Shown: piece by piece, positions 9,228 to 20,418 of the stretch
Position numbering within the stretch: position 1 is the first letter of the stretch
How the letters are laid out: each line of letters begins with the position of its first letter
DNA from: Candidatus Bathyarchaeota archaeon
Lineage (GTDB): Archaea > Thermoproteota > Bathyarchaeia > Bathyarchaeales > Bathycorpusculaceae
Direction of reading: 5' to 3'
DNA length: 64,000 bases
NCBI GenBank assembly: GCA_963811105.1
Contig: CAWEPZ010000011.1
Location: 1,152,001-1,216,000, forward strand
Position numbers and translations under genes: made by a program
Notes under the pieces: generated by a model
What the model saw: only the letters and a program-made list of their open reading frames with translations
What the model was told of the DNA's origin: nothing
The model's database searches: none

Positions 9228-9878
9228 ATGGGTTTGATTCCTGACGATAAAAAAGAGCTACTTAGAAATGATTTCAAAGAAAAACTGGTTGACCCAGTCA
9301 AGATTGTAATGTTTACTCAAGAGATAGAATGCCGATTCTGCTCCGACACCCGACAGCTAGTGCAGGACATAGCTACTATAAATGATAAGATAACTATTCA
9401 AGTTTACGATTTCATTAAAGACGCAGACAAAGCCAAGGAATATGGCATCACCAAGATTCCAGCCTTAGCCATAGTCGGAGCAAAAGATTATTGCGTGCGA
9501 ATTTACGGGATACCTTATGGGTATGAACTTCAAACCTTGATTGAAGCAATAGTCAATGTTTCAAGAGGCAGAGGCAAAACTGACTTATCCGACAAAACAA
9601 AGCAGATTCTGTCGGAAATTAAAACGCCCGTTCACATTCAAGTCTTCGTCACTCTTACCTGTCCTCATTGTCCTGCAGCTGCGGCTGTTGCCCACAAATT
9701 AGCTATTGAAAGTGACATGGTCAAAGCGGATGTAATAGAAACGAGTGAGTTTCCAGATTTAGCCATGAAGTACAACGTTATTGGTGTTCCGAAAATAGTT
9801 GTCAATGAAAAAGTGGAGTTTGTTGGAGCATTTAACGAGGATTTATTCGCTGAGAATGTGTTGTTGGGCGCATTTTAA
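9228..9878 (+). CDS. Protein disulfide oxidoreductase (two thioredoxin folds)
   Basis: CRFC and CPHC motifs; YGIPYGYE; GVPKIVVN. Confidence 0.9.
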   Translation: MGLIPDDKKELLRNDFKEKLVDPVKIVMFTQEIECRFCSDTRQLVQDIATINDKITIQVYDFIKDADKAKEYGITKIPALAIVGAKDYCVRIYGIPYGYELQTLIEAIVNVSRGRGKTDLSDKTKQILSEIKTPVHIQVFVTLTCPHCPAAAAVAHKLAIESDMVKADVIETSEFPDLAMKYNVIGVPKIVVNEKVEFVGAFNEDLFAENVLLGAF

Positions 9879-9938
9879 GAAAACGGGGCAATTGACGAGT
9901 CAAAAAAGAAGAGAACATTAATTCTAAACCTTAAAGGT

Positions 9939-10130
9939 TTAGCAGTGCCCTCCGCAACCGCAGCTATGAGTACCTGGTTTAGCAGAACCTCCAACATATT
10001 TTGCTGGATCTTTGTCAAAGGTTGTTTTGCAGGAGGGAGCACAGAAATAGAAGGTTTTACCGTTATAGTCGGATTTTAGCTTACCTTTTTTCTCGTCAAC
10101 CATCATGCCACAAACTGGATCTTTAGCCAT
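9939..10130 (-). CDS. YHS/TRASH-domain copper chaperone
   Basis: KDPVCGM...FYFCAPSC with a His/Cys tail; directly downstream of the P1B ATPase. Confidence 0.88.
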   Translation of the reverse strand: MAKDPVCGMMVDEKKGKLKSDYNGKTFYFCAPSCKTTFDKDPAKYVGGSAKPGTHSCGCGGHC

Positions 10131-10157
10131 AATTTTTTCACCTCACATTACGATATT

Positions 10158-12278
10158 TTACTGTTTTAATTTGGATGATTTAAACTTAGCCAACTTCAAC
10201 AGTGCAGAGTTACTGACGACGGTTAGGCTGCTTATCGCCATTGCCCCAGCCGCATACATGGGATTCAGCAAACCTGCAGCCGCTATTGGAATCATGATAA
10301 CGTTGTAGGCAAAAGCCCAAAACAGGTTAGTGTCAATTTTACGCATGGTTTTCTTGCTAAGTTCAACGCCTAAGGCTACATCTCGTAAGTCATCTCGTAT
10401 AAGTACTATGCCCCCTGTCTCTTTCGCAATGTCGGTTCCGCTGCCAATAGCAATGCCGATGTCGGCTTGAGCCAACGCTGGCGCATCATTGATTCCGTCA
10501 CCAACCATCGCAACTATTTTTCCTTCACTCTGCATTTTCTTTATGACATCTGATTTCTGCCATGGCAACACGTTTGCAATGACCTTGGGTATGCGTAGTT
10601 GCTGGGCGATGGCGTTTGCTGTTCTTTCATTGTCGCCTGTGAGCATGGCAACCTCCAAATTCATCTCTTTTAGGAGCTCAACTGCTTCTGCGGCGCTTTC
10701 TTTCACTGTATCCATAACTGCAACTAATCCGACAGCCACTGCCTCGACAGCCAATATCATAACAGTTTTGCCTTGTGACTCCAGCGATGTTAAATCAGCC
10801 TCAATTTCGCTTATAGAAACGTTTTGTTCCGACATTAACTTGCGATTTCCAAACAGCACTTCTTTGTCTCCGACAATGCATTGGACGCCTCTGCCAGGCA
10901 AAGCCTCAAAACTGTCGGCTTCTAGAATCTTTACTTTATCAACTTGAGCTTTGTTGAGGATTGCCTCTGCCAAGGGATGCTCTGAGCCTTTCTCAGCGGC
11001 ACCTGCAAACAGCAACACGCTTTGCTGAGTGTAGGCTTTGTAGGTTTTGATGTCGGTTACACTTGGCTCTCCCTTTGTCAAGGTGCCTGTTTTGTCAAAT
11101 ACGACAGTTGTGAGTTTTCTTGCTTTTTCAACGTATTCGCCGCTTCGTAGGAGTACGCCGTATTCTGCGCCTTTGCCGACACCTGCAAGAATAGCTGTCG
11201 GAGTAGCTATGCCCAGCGCGCATGGGCAAGAGATTAAAATAACGGCTAACAAGGATAGAAATGCTTTTGTAAAGTCGCCGCTCGCTATGAACCAGTAACT
11301 AAATGAAACTGCCGCGACTGTCAAGATGATTGGAACAAACCATTTGACTATGCGATCAGCAAATCTCTGAACTGGAGCGCTTGAAGCTTGAGCCTCTTCA
11401 ACGAGGTGAACGATTTGTGATAGGGCGGTTTCGCTGCTGAGTTTCGTGACTTTAATTGTCAGGAGTCCGGTTTTGTTGATTGTGGCGCCGATGACTTCGC
11501 TTCCGATAGTTTTCTCGACAGGAATGCTTTCTCCAGTGAGCAGTTTCTCGTCGACAGACGAGTGTCCCGCGGTTACTGTTCCGTCGATTGGGATTTTTTC
11601 GCCTGGCTTGACAAAGACTATGTCGTCTACTTTGACCTCATCAATCGGCATGTCGATTTCCTTTCCATCTTTGACGACGCGAGCCATTGTCGGTTGCATT
11701 TCGAGCAGTTTGCGTATTGATGCTGCCGAGCGCCGTCGGATTAATTCTTCTATGTATCTGCCCAGCAAAACGAACGCCAGGATGCCGATGGCTACTTCCA
11801 TGTAACCTGTGCCGGGTTGTGTGTTGGTGGTGGCAGAAGGCAGGAAGAAGACAGTTATGACTCCGTATACCCAACCCGCAACAACTCCGACTGTTACCAG
11901 AACATCCATGTTGATATTGCGGTTTCTTAAGGAGCGGTATGCACCTTTGTATATCTTGTAGCCAGCTATCCAGACAATTGGTGTCGAGACAACGAAAATA
12001 ATTATGTCATAAATTCTTAGTCCACCGACGACATCAAGATACATTATTGCGGTGATGAGACCAAACAATGTTAGCACTTTCAAAACAAGTGCCGCTATTG
12101 CCCCAGTTAAAGTGAATGTAACTCGGCGCTGCATCGCTTTTAGTTCACGTTCTGGCGCTGTGTAGACGTCGAGGCATTGTTGGCTGCAAAAGTAGTAGGT
12201 TCGGTCGCCTATCTTGGCGCTGAGGGCTGTTTCTGTGTCTACATCCATGCCGCATACGGGATCTCGTATTGTTACCAT
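10158..12278 (-). CDS. copA: Cu(+)-exporting P1B-type ATPase with N-terminal YHS/TRASH domain
   Basis: DPVCGM N-terminus, [32 protein letters not shown] and MAISS motifs. Confidence 0.93.
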   Translation of the reverse strand: MVTIRDPVCGMDVDTETALSAKIGDRTYYFCSQQCLDVYTAPERELKAMQRRVTFTLTGAIAALVLKVLTLFGLITAIMYLDVVGGLRIYDIIIFVVSTPIVWIAGYKIYKGAYRSLRNRNINMDVLVTVGVVAGWVYGVITVFFLPSATTNTQPGTGYMEVAIGILAFVLLGRYIEELIRRRSAASIRKLLEMQPTMARVVKDGKEIDMPIDEVKVDDIVFVKPGEKIPIDGTVTAGHSSVDEKLLTGESIPVEKTIGSEVIGATINKTGLLTIKVTKLSSETALSQIVHLVEEAQASSAPVQRFADRIVKWFVPIILTVAAVSFSYWFIASGDFTKAFLSLLAVILISCPCALGIATPTAILAGVGKGAEYGVLLRSGEYVEKARKLTTVVFDKTGTLTKGEPSVTDIKTYKAYTQQSVLLFAGAAEKGSEHPLAEAILNKAQVDKVKILEADSFEALPGRGVQCIVGDKEVLFGNRKLMSEQNVSISEIEADLTSLESQGKTVMILAVEAVAVGLVAVMDTVKESAAEAVELLKEMNLEVAMLTGDNERTANAIAQQLRIPKVIANVLPWQKSDVIKKMQSEGKIVAMVGDGINDAPALAQADIGIAIGSGTDIAKETGGIVLIRDDLRDVALGVELSKKTMRKIDTNLFWAFAYNVIMIPIAAAGLLNPMYAAGAMAISSLTVVSNSALLKLAKFKSSKLKQ

Positions 12279-12409
12279 AAACTTTCCTTCGCTATGTTAG
12301 ATTAACTGGCGCTTTAATACTTATAAATGTGTCTGAAAAAGATATATCTTTTAGCCATGTCAGAGAAGCGTATACAAAAGCATCGCCCAAACCCAACAAC
12401 CTGAAGCAA

Positions 12410-13138
12410 TTAAGTAAACAAACTACGGGCCGCAATCAAAACTGCAACTACCACGGAAACAACGAAAAGCGGCAAAGAAATCATTCTAAAATTATCCGAT
12501 TCAAACTTGCCATTATCTTTCAGTAGCTTGAATATCAAAATCGCCAGACTCAACCAGAAAACGCCAAGCAAACCTGCTCCAAGAACATCGCTAAACCAAT
12601 GAACATTTAAGTACACCCGGCTAAAACCCACTGCAGAGGTTACAGTGACAGCTCCAATGCCAATTGACGTTTGAGACCTCGCAGTTTTCCAATGTTGCAA
12701 AGCAAGATAAGTAATTGAACCACAAAAAACCAGACTTCCAGCAGTATGACCGCTCGGAAAAGAAAAACCAGAGGCAAACTCTAACCCGTTCAATGGTCTG
12801 GAAGATTCAATCAAGTTCTTAAACACCGAAACAAGCAAAGCGTCGCCCCCCATCGCCCCTAGCAGAAGTAAGCTTTCGCTTCTGCGATTTTTGAGGAAGA
12901 GGTAGGAAGCAATAACTAAGGACAATAACAACAGAAAAGAGGTGTCAAAAACAACCGCAAACCCTTTTGCTATGTAGGTTAATGGGCTTGACTGAATTGA
13001 AGGAATCCAGATGCTGACTAATACGTCAAATGAGCGGAAACTTGGCCTAAGAATCGTAATAAGGAGGAAACCTACGAGAAAAACTAAGCAAATAAATGTT
13101 AGTAGCTTTTCGTTTCGAGAAAATTTTAGATTCGTCAC
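12410..13138 (-). CDS. PAP2-family membrane phosphatase
   Basis: K..IESSRP, SFPSGH and SRVYLNVHWFSDV motifs; multiple TM segments. Confidence 0.9.
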   Translation of the reverse strand: MTNLKFSRNEKLLTFICLVFLVGFLLITILRPSFRSFDVLVSIWIPSIQSSPLTYIAKGFAVVFDTSFLLLLSLVIASYLFLKNRRSESLLLLGAMGGDALLVSVFKNLIESSRPLNGLEFASGFSFPSGHTAGSLVFCGSITYLALQHWKTARSQTSIGIGAVTVTSAVGFSRVYLNVHWFSDVLGAGLLGVFWLSLAILIFKLLKDNGKFESDNFRMISLPLFVVSVVVAVLIAARSLFT

Positions 13139-13234
13139 TTTTGATTCAACTTATTCTAATCTAATATTGGCTGGGCAACTCTATTGCAAACGATGACGCG
13201 ATGTAAAGTGTCAACTGACTATGCGAACAATAGA

Positions 13235-13510
13235 TTATTCTACCCGCTTAATTATGTGGTACCCAAACTGCGTCTTAACAGGACCAGAAATTTGGCCTTT
13301 TTCAAGCTCAAAGGCGGCTCTTTCAAACTCTTTAACCATCTTGCCCCTTGTAAAAGTCCCAAGGTCTCCACCATTTTTTGCGGATGGGCAGAGTGAAGCG
13401 TTTTTGGCTATTGCACCGAATTTTTCGCCTTTTTCTATTCGAGCTTTTATGTTTTTAGCTTCAGTCTCTGTTTTGACGAGTATGTGTGCACAGTGAATTT
13501 TATCCGGCAT
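13235..13510 (-). CDS. ppiC: Parvulin-type peptidyl-prolyl isomerase
   Basis: CAHILVK...SLCPSAKNGGDLGTF...GPVKTQFGYHII; likely ATG start at 13510. Confidence 0.92.
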   Translation of the reverse strand: MPDKIHCAHILVKTETEAKNIKARIEKGEKFGAIAKNASLCPSAKNGGDLGTFTRGKMVKEFERAAFELEKGQISGPVKTQFGYHIIKRVE

Positions 13511-13712
13511 AAAAAGGACTAAGCATAACGTTGACATATAACTGTTACCCGCAAAATAAACCAAATTTTCGCCGAAAACACGATTTATCACTCAAGAACA
13601 ATTTTTCCTAGAATATTACCCATTAAACCATAAACTAAGCTATGTAAGTTAGGTCTAACAAGCGCCAATAAAATACATAAAAATGTTAAAACGTTAAGCC
13701 ATAGTTTCCCAG

Positions 13713-13757
13713 TTACTTCGAACTTCGAAGTAATCGCCAACATAATTGTTATAACAA
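13713..13757. promoter_or_regulatory. Two palindromes: TTACTTCGAA-C-TTCGAAGTAA (13713-13733) and TTGTTATAACAA (13746-13757)
   Basis: Perfect inverted repeats read directly, in the intergenic region upstream of a 36-codon ORF. Confidence 0.55.
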
Positions 13758-13778
13758 AAGCAGCCATTTAGGTTGTCT

Positions 13779-13889
13779 ATGGTAACCTCTATTCAACTTA
13801 GGAACATAGAAGAAGTGCAAATCATTGATCGGACTACAGTAGAGCAAATTGCAAAAATAATTCGGTTTCTAAAAAACATAGAAGACTGA
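13779..13889 (+). CDS. Small unannotated ORF MVTSIQLRNIEEVQIIDRTTVEQIAKIIRFLKNIED
   Basis: AGGTTG SD-like element, TTATAA about 25 nt upstream, amphipathic-looking sequence. Confidence 0.4.
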   Translation: MVTSIQLRNIEEVQIIDRTTVEQIAKIIRFLKNIED

Positions 13890-14008
13890 CACTGAAAAAA
13901 CAAAAGTTTTCAATCATTTAAAATTAAGTTCAATTAAAATAATAAAGAAGGAAATAATCTCTCAATTATCGATGAGAGATAACGCATAACTTATCGTTAG
14001 CTGCAGAT

Positions 14009-14188
14009 TTATTCAATTACTTGAATTGCGCCTTCAGGGCACTGAGCTTCACATGCTCTACAAACCAAGCACTCACTGACATTCTTCGGTGTTGATTTGC
14101 CGTCTTTAATTTCATAGACGCCGACAGGGCAAGTATTTACGCATGTTTCGCATCCAGTGCATTTAGGGTCAACAACTATTTTTACCAT
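14009..14188 (-). CDS. 2[4Fe-4S] ferredoxin (59 aa, below the ORF-track cutoff)
   Basis: Manual translation: MVKIVVDPKCTGCETCVNTCPVGVYEIKDGKSTPKNVSECLVCRACEAQCPEGAIQVIE; GAGGT SD. Confidence 0.95.
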   Translation of the reverse strand: MVKIVVDPKCTGCETCVNTCPVGVYEIKDGKSTPKNVSECLVCRACEAQCPEGAIQVIE

Positions 14189-14247
14189 TTATATTACCTC
14201 TGATTTTCTTGAAAAGCTAGTGTGTAAAATAAAAGGGTTTAGGTATT

Positions 14248-16077
14248 TCAGCGAGTTTTTTCACGTAATCTTAGCAAGATTCCGTTTATAGTTGATTCAG
14301 CTTTCTCTTTGCGTTTCTGGTATCCATTAATGCTTTCCTTGTAAGTTTCCAATGAAATTTCACCTGTTTTTTGGCGTGATTCAAGGCTCTTTATGTTTTC
14401 GTCAGCTTCAGTCAAGTCTTCTTCGGCAGAATCAAGCTGCTTAGCGATATCCGAGTAGAGGCTCCCTGAGTTTCGGAATACATCTTTAAGCTTATCAGTA
14501 CTCCTGTTGATTGTTTCTAGGCGAATCTCCATGGCTTTTCGCTGAGCCTTATATTGGCTTCTTGGAATCTTTCCTTTCTGGGCTCTTGATTCAAGCGATT
14601 TTAATTCTATTTTTAATTGTTTTTTCTCTTCGTAGGCGTCAGTGAAATCTCGAATGTTCTCAGTAGTTAATCTCTGGCCAGCCATGAGTTTAACCTCCGC
14701 AGTCTGCTTGATGGATGTTGCCTGTGTCGGCTCCTGGGAGGCAGTTTTTTGCATTTTAGGTATGGTTATTTCCTTTGTCTTGCGCTTTCTAAATATAACG
14801 GCACCTACACAACCGATCACTGCAAGAAGTGAGAGCCAAAAAGTAGGTCTGAAAGAAGCCCAAACCGGGTTATAATTATATGCGATCTGCACAGTAATAT
14901 TTTCTGGAGTGCTGTAATCCAAGTAGCTTATTCCATTTCTCATTAATGTAAGAGTTTCTTGGAAAGAATTCCTTGTTAATGTAGAAGAGGAATCAAGAGC
15001 TGACAGTTTTGGGCTTACGATTGAGGCACCTTCAGGTGGAACAAAAGTGAATGTTGCATGCTCAACAAAATAATAGAAATCTGGGAAAAGATAGAACTTT
15101 CCTATACTGTATTGGGTACCTTGAAACGTTGCACTTGGCAAATTATAGTCAGCGGTGAGAATTGTTGATTGACCACTTGATAAGAACGTAACCAAAGTAG
15201 CGTTAATAAGTTCTGCGTTATGAGTTACGTCACTACTGCCATAACTAATTGTTCCAGCTACTTCCGTTTTTAATGCTCTGTCAAATGAATCTCTGATAAC
15301 ATTGTTGGAAGAGGTAGTAGGAACACCTAAAATAAATGTTGTCATCGTAGATGGGGAGTTGTTAGTAAGGTGATACTTATCTGAAACAGCCACTACACCT
15401 GATGGCTCAATCGTAATTGTGCGATCTAAGGAACTAATTGTCGTTAACTGTAAAGTTCCTATTGATATTTGGAAAGAAGCTAATCCCACAATATTAGTAT
15501 AGGGAGCTAAGTTTTGAGCTGCATAATTGTTTCCTTTAACTTCTCCATCAGTTTTACTGATGTTTAAATTCGCGGGAGAGCTTGGAAAATTTATAGTCAC
15601 ATTACAATTTCCAATTCTTTGTGTGAGACTTGGATAAGCTGGATAATCAAGAGTATAAATCGAATCAAATGGGTTAAAACTAATAACATCAGAAGATAAG
15701 ACAAATGCGACAGTAAAAACGCTAGGTGTTTTTCCATTAAAACTTACTTGAGTTCCATAAAATTCGCTTTGGCTACCTAGTTGGACACCTAAAGTCACTG
15801 GGTAAGAATTGTTGTCATCAAATGCTACAACTCTTAGGATGCTATCACTGTACTTTGAGGGCAAACCAATCATGAAATCATCGGTAACCTGACCAGAAAC
15901 ATGAATTGTATCTCGAATGAGTACTTGCCCAGAATACATTACTTCAACCTCATGATCTATCTGAGTGACGCTATAACCTGCGCTTTGAGCGGAAACCGTT
16001 CCATTAAGCAAAACGATTGGCAAGAAAACTATTAAAAGGAAAAATGTTACCATGAAGATCGCTAAGGCTCGTTTCAC
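14248..16077 (-). CDS. Ribophorin I (OST1/RPN1)-like single-pass membrane protein
   Basis: Signal peptide, beta-rich ectodomain (ISSLDRTITIEPSGVVAVSDKYHL, FVPPEGAS), one TM, helical/coiled cytosolic C-terminus. Confidence 0.65.
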   Translation of the reverse strand: MKRALAIFMVTFFLLIVFLPIVLLNGTVSAQSAGYSVTQIDHEVEVMYSGQVLIRDTIHVSGQVTDDFMIGLPSKYSDSILRVVAFDDNNSYPVTLGVQLGSQSEFYGTQVSFNGKTPSVFTVAFVLSSDVISFNPFDSIYTLDYPAYPSLTQRIGNCNVTINFPSSPANLNISKTDGEVKGNNYAAQNLAPYTNIVGLASFQISIGTLQLTTISSLDRTITIEPSGVVAVSDKYHLTNNSPSTMTTFILGVPTTSSNNVIRDSFDRALKTEVAGTISYGSSDVTHNAELINATLVTFLSSGQSTILTADYNLPSATFQGTQYSIGKFYLFPDFYYFVEHATFTFVPPEGASIVSPKLSALDSSSTLTRNSFQETLTLMRNGISYLDYSTPENITVQIAYNYNPVWASFRPTFWLSLLAVIGCVGAVIFRKRKTKEITIPKMQKTASQEPTQATSIKQTAEVKLMAGQRLTTENIRDFTDAYEEKKQLKIELKSLESRAQKGKIPRSQYKAQRKAMEIRLETINRSTDKLKDVFRNSGSLYSDIAKQLDSAEEDLTEADENIKSLESRQKTGEISLETYKESINGYQKRKEKAESTINGILLRLREKTR

Positions 16078-16122
16078 TCGTATTCACCAATTAAGTTTCT
16101 TTAATCTTGTGTTCGCCTATTT

Positions 16123-16137
16123 ATTACTTTGCAGTAA
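16123..16137. repeat. Left direct repeat (attL/TSD-like)
   Basis: ATTACTTTGCAGTAA; TTAC/GTAA arms around a 6-bp TTTGCA spacer. Confidence 0.8.
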
Positions 16138-16603
16138 GATGCGCAAATTATTTATTTTTATTTTTTTTTTTATAATTTTATAGAAATAGATTAGATTGAA
16201 ATTTGAATAAGAAGCGTGGATCTTTGACTTATTAGTATTTTGCTTTTTTTTTAAAATATTTAGGGTTTGCAGTTAAGACAAAACCTGGACAACCACATTC
16301 TTCAAAAAACGAAAGTCAGTCTTTTTTTTGCTTCTATAAAGTTAAAGTGGCGAAATCATATTCTTTTTTATCGAAAAGCAGCGAGGATTTTTATTCGAGT
16401 ATATAGTAGTGTTGTAGATATAGATATTAATTATATTGTGTTTTGTGTTTTTTTTTTAATTTATATTTTAAAAAAAAGATGAGATAGAAAAAAGTTTGTT
16501 ATTTATAAGTTTTGTAAGAAATGGATAAGGAAAAATGTTAAATGTAGATTGATTGAGTGGGAGTTTATGTTAGGTTAAAGTTTAACAAAATGAAGGAAAA
16601 AAA

Positions 16604-18936
16604 ATGAATAGAAAAACAAAATTGATCGCATACTAATTGTATTTTAATGATAGCTTTTTAACTTTGTAGCAATTACAGTTAAAGCTGCTCAATACACAAA
16701 TTTGTAAGATAGCGGTGGAATATGATTGCGTAGGTGTTATGCATATCAGATAGTTCAAATAATAGCTTAAATGAGCTTCACATTAACTATAGGAATTGGT
16801 TAATAGCTTCTTAGTGAATGTATGGTTTCACTATACTTCAGGTATTCGATATATGAAGGATGCGCTTCAAGTGATTTTACAAGATTGACGGTACATAAGA
16901 TATAGTTGGTCTGTTTATATAAAGGTGATATATCAGCTTGGTTTGATTACACGCTAATCAGGTTGGCATATGGATAATCAAGTTTGATTTTTGGTGTTAT
17001 TTCAGCGGGAAACTATAGCGTAGAGATTGGAATATGTGGTGGTTCAGTGTTCAACGCTCTCTCTCAGTTACTATGCATATTCTGACGGATTTACACTTAA
17101 CTGTTCACAATATGGTAGCTTCTTGTATGCTATGCTAACTGATTACTGGATAAGATTAATATGCTGAGAATCGAGAATGGTGGTCAATGCGGAATATTGC
17201 ACTGGTATAATAGGAGGAGGACTATGGATAGCAGATATAAACACATATATGAGCAACTATAAGTTCACGCTACGTTCAAGCGCTAAGCACGCTCACATGC
17301 ATGGAGAAGGTAGATGCTCTACGGACTGTTGGAGGCATATGGGGATAACAATTATGTACAATGTACTTTTCGCAAATATACAAGTGGTCAAACATAGTTA
17401 TGACGGCAGATGCTACAAACTCTCACAAAACCAATGACAACTTTAGTGAACGGTACATGCGAACGTTCCACACCGTTGGGAAGCAATGATTGCGAACTGG
17501 CGAAGTATACTGGCATTGACAGACGTAGTTCGCTAACAATGATTTTCTATGAATATTAATGTGCTGGCACGATCCAAATCCTGGGGAGTTACAGCATCAT
17601 TGGTAGCAGTAGTGATGGAAGAATGATTAAATACGATCATTACGGAGCTGTGACAGTAACGTTCGCATATGATAACAGGTACCTTTACATGGGATAATAC
17701 TTCTTAAGCGTACAGAACTTGGCAGTGCAGGTTACGCTTAATCAACTGGACAGTGCAGGGCGATGTATCAGGTTTGGCTTTCACAACTACAGGCTAATGG
17801 TAATGAACATATAACTGGTATTCAGCAGTTTAGGCACGTAGACTACGATAGCGGCATACTGTTAACACTCAGTAGTACTTCTCTGCACGGGGTTGCAGTG
17901 ACGTGTATATACAAATTAGTTAACAACTGGATATATGCTGTGGAACGTTCAGCGGGTGGTTTTGTACTTTTCAGTGGTAGCACTCAGTGCTGATATGGAA
18001 TATACGCGTTCGCTTCGATGATGGATACTGGTACGCTGGGATTGAATTCAGGTATAAACTATGGATAGGTGAATTGACAAGCTGGATGGGGAGCTTTGGG
18101 GATTACGGCGTTGATCATACGGCGGATGATAATCTCATATCAATATGACGGCGTGCAGCTACACTGGACCAACGGATAATAGTTTGTCTACCAGATAAAC
18201 TATACTCACGAACTCCCAGAGGGGTATTATGGTTCTCAATGGGTTACAGCATCATCGCTGATGGGAAGCTTTTCACATACAACAGTGAGCACACGCAGTC
18301 AATATACAAGAGGCTGGAGATTATGCATAAACATAAACAGGCGAAGGCATTGGAACATACAGGCTCTATGGCTCAACGCAGTGGCTGATGGATACCTATA
18401 GCAGGCAACGCATATGACGGCTACATGTATGTTTCGGGAAGGGCAGAGCGCACAACAGTTTCTGCTCAGACACGGTGACTTGGACTCAGTGTTGATTAAG
18501 GTACAGTTCTGGATCAGTTCCTGCTCAGCAGGTACTCCTGTGTTCGGCAGGTCATGGCACATACATGGAGTACTTGCATATGCAGAAGCGATCCCCAGCA
18601 CTTCACTGTGACTGGTGTCTGTCAGCTACTTGCTATTGACCGAACGGAACGCAGTTAACATTGGAACGGCAACAGTGAGTAGTGGCAACTCCAGTATGAA
18701 TTTACTCCGACAATCGACGGTGTTAAAGATTACAGCCACATTACAGGCGACGATGCTTATGGCATTCATGGGTAGATACAGGACTATCAGTCGGTGTAGT
18801 GCCTCAAGCATCCCAGACTGAACTGCATAGCAACGCAAACAGATTATACCATGACAATTATTGCTGCAGCTATTGGATTAGCATTGTTGTTGTTATCTCA
18901 GTTGCCATAGCTGTTATGATACTTGAGAAACGATAA
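16604..18936 (+). pseudogene. Shattered large secreted, C-terminally anchored PQQ-like beta-propeller surface protein (Bathyarchaeia type)
   Basis: Fragments recovered across many frameshifts: MNRKTKLIA signal peptide, AQYTNL, FLVNVW, SAWFDYT, IIADGKLFTY, AVADGYL, MEYLHMQK (18565), C-terminal hydrophobic segment and KR-stop. May be intact in vivo. Confidence 0.75.
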
Positions 18937-19559
18937 ATCAATCTGACAAAACCAAAACCCCATTTTCTTTTTTTCGTTAATCAAACTCCAAAAAGAGAAA
19001 AAACCCAGCCCAAACGGAGGTATATCCTTTCTCTCAAGAAAAGCTGAAAAGTTTTCATTACTTACCGCATTATGCAATGATATTTGTTGTTCAATGAAGG
19101 ATCAAACATTCCCTTAATCGTAAATAGGGTGCTTATTATGCTCTGAACCTAAGCCCATAGGTTGAAAAACTGTTTCGAATTTATTCCACCGCAATATTTG
19201 TTCTTGAGTCATAGAATAGAGTACCAGTATGTCGAAATCGAGAAGTCTATCTTTTTCTCTAAGAATCCCACCAAGGCATAAATAGCATTAACTTGAACTG
19301 GAAGATCTAACTATGCATGTTTTCAATTAATCGCTCAAGATTCCTAAGAAGGGTTGACCTTCGTAGGCTATTCTTATTGGGCATCGTTTAATTGATTAAT
19401 GTTGAAATTCTTTTTAAATTTAGGGCAGAGCAAGTGAGAAGTTTTTTATCTTTAAACGACTAAATATATCAATCGTTGTCTTGTTTTGTGTTGTCTTCAG
19501 AGTTAACTCTCTGTTTTGTTGTCTCCTTGATGTAAAGTGAAAAGTGATTCAAGCTTCCC

Positions 19560-20095
<536 letters not shown>

Positions 20096-20175
20096 TCTAC
20101 GGGACATTTAGACCTAAACTATAAAAACAGAAAAATCGTAAGTGTTATGCCCCTTTTTTTCAGCATTGAACAATT

Positions 20176-20418
20176 TCATTGGCGTATTGTGCAAAGCGTT
20201 CTTTCCGCTGTCGAAGCACTAAAAAGTAAATCGTCAATGGTGGCGGTAAAAGTGGCTAGTTTTACTTCACATTTTATCAGAGTTACAACTTTTTTCTTTT
20301 CTCTCATTGTTTTAACGACAAGTCCAATTGGAGTTTTGGAGTTGTCTGGGGAAACAGCATTGGACACTGCCTCAGCTGTTTTCTCGTCAGCGTACTCAAG
20401 TGTTATCGTTGCTTCCAA
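20176..20418 (-). CDS. pcc1: KEOPS complex subunit Pcc1
   Basis: AVSPDN motif, 80 aa, canonical position after the rps15 and DHH genes. Confidence 0.85.
   Translation of the reverse strand: MEATITLEYADEKTAEAVSNAVSPDNSKTPIGLVVKTMREKKKVVTLIKCEVKLATFTATIDDLLFSASTAERTLCTIRQ

Noticed and set aside
16267-18838. Short track ORFs inside the island as separate genes
   Set aside because: They are out-of-frame or antisense pieces of one shattered surface-protein gene, or low-complexity sequence.
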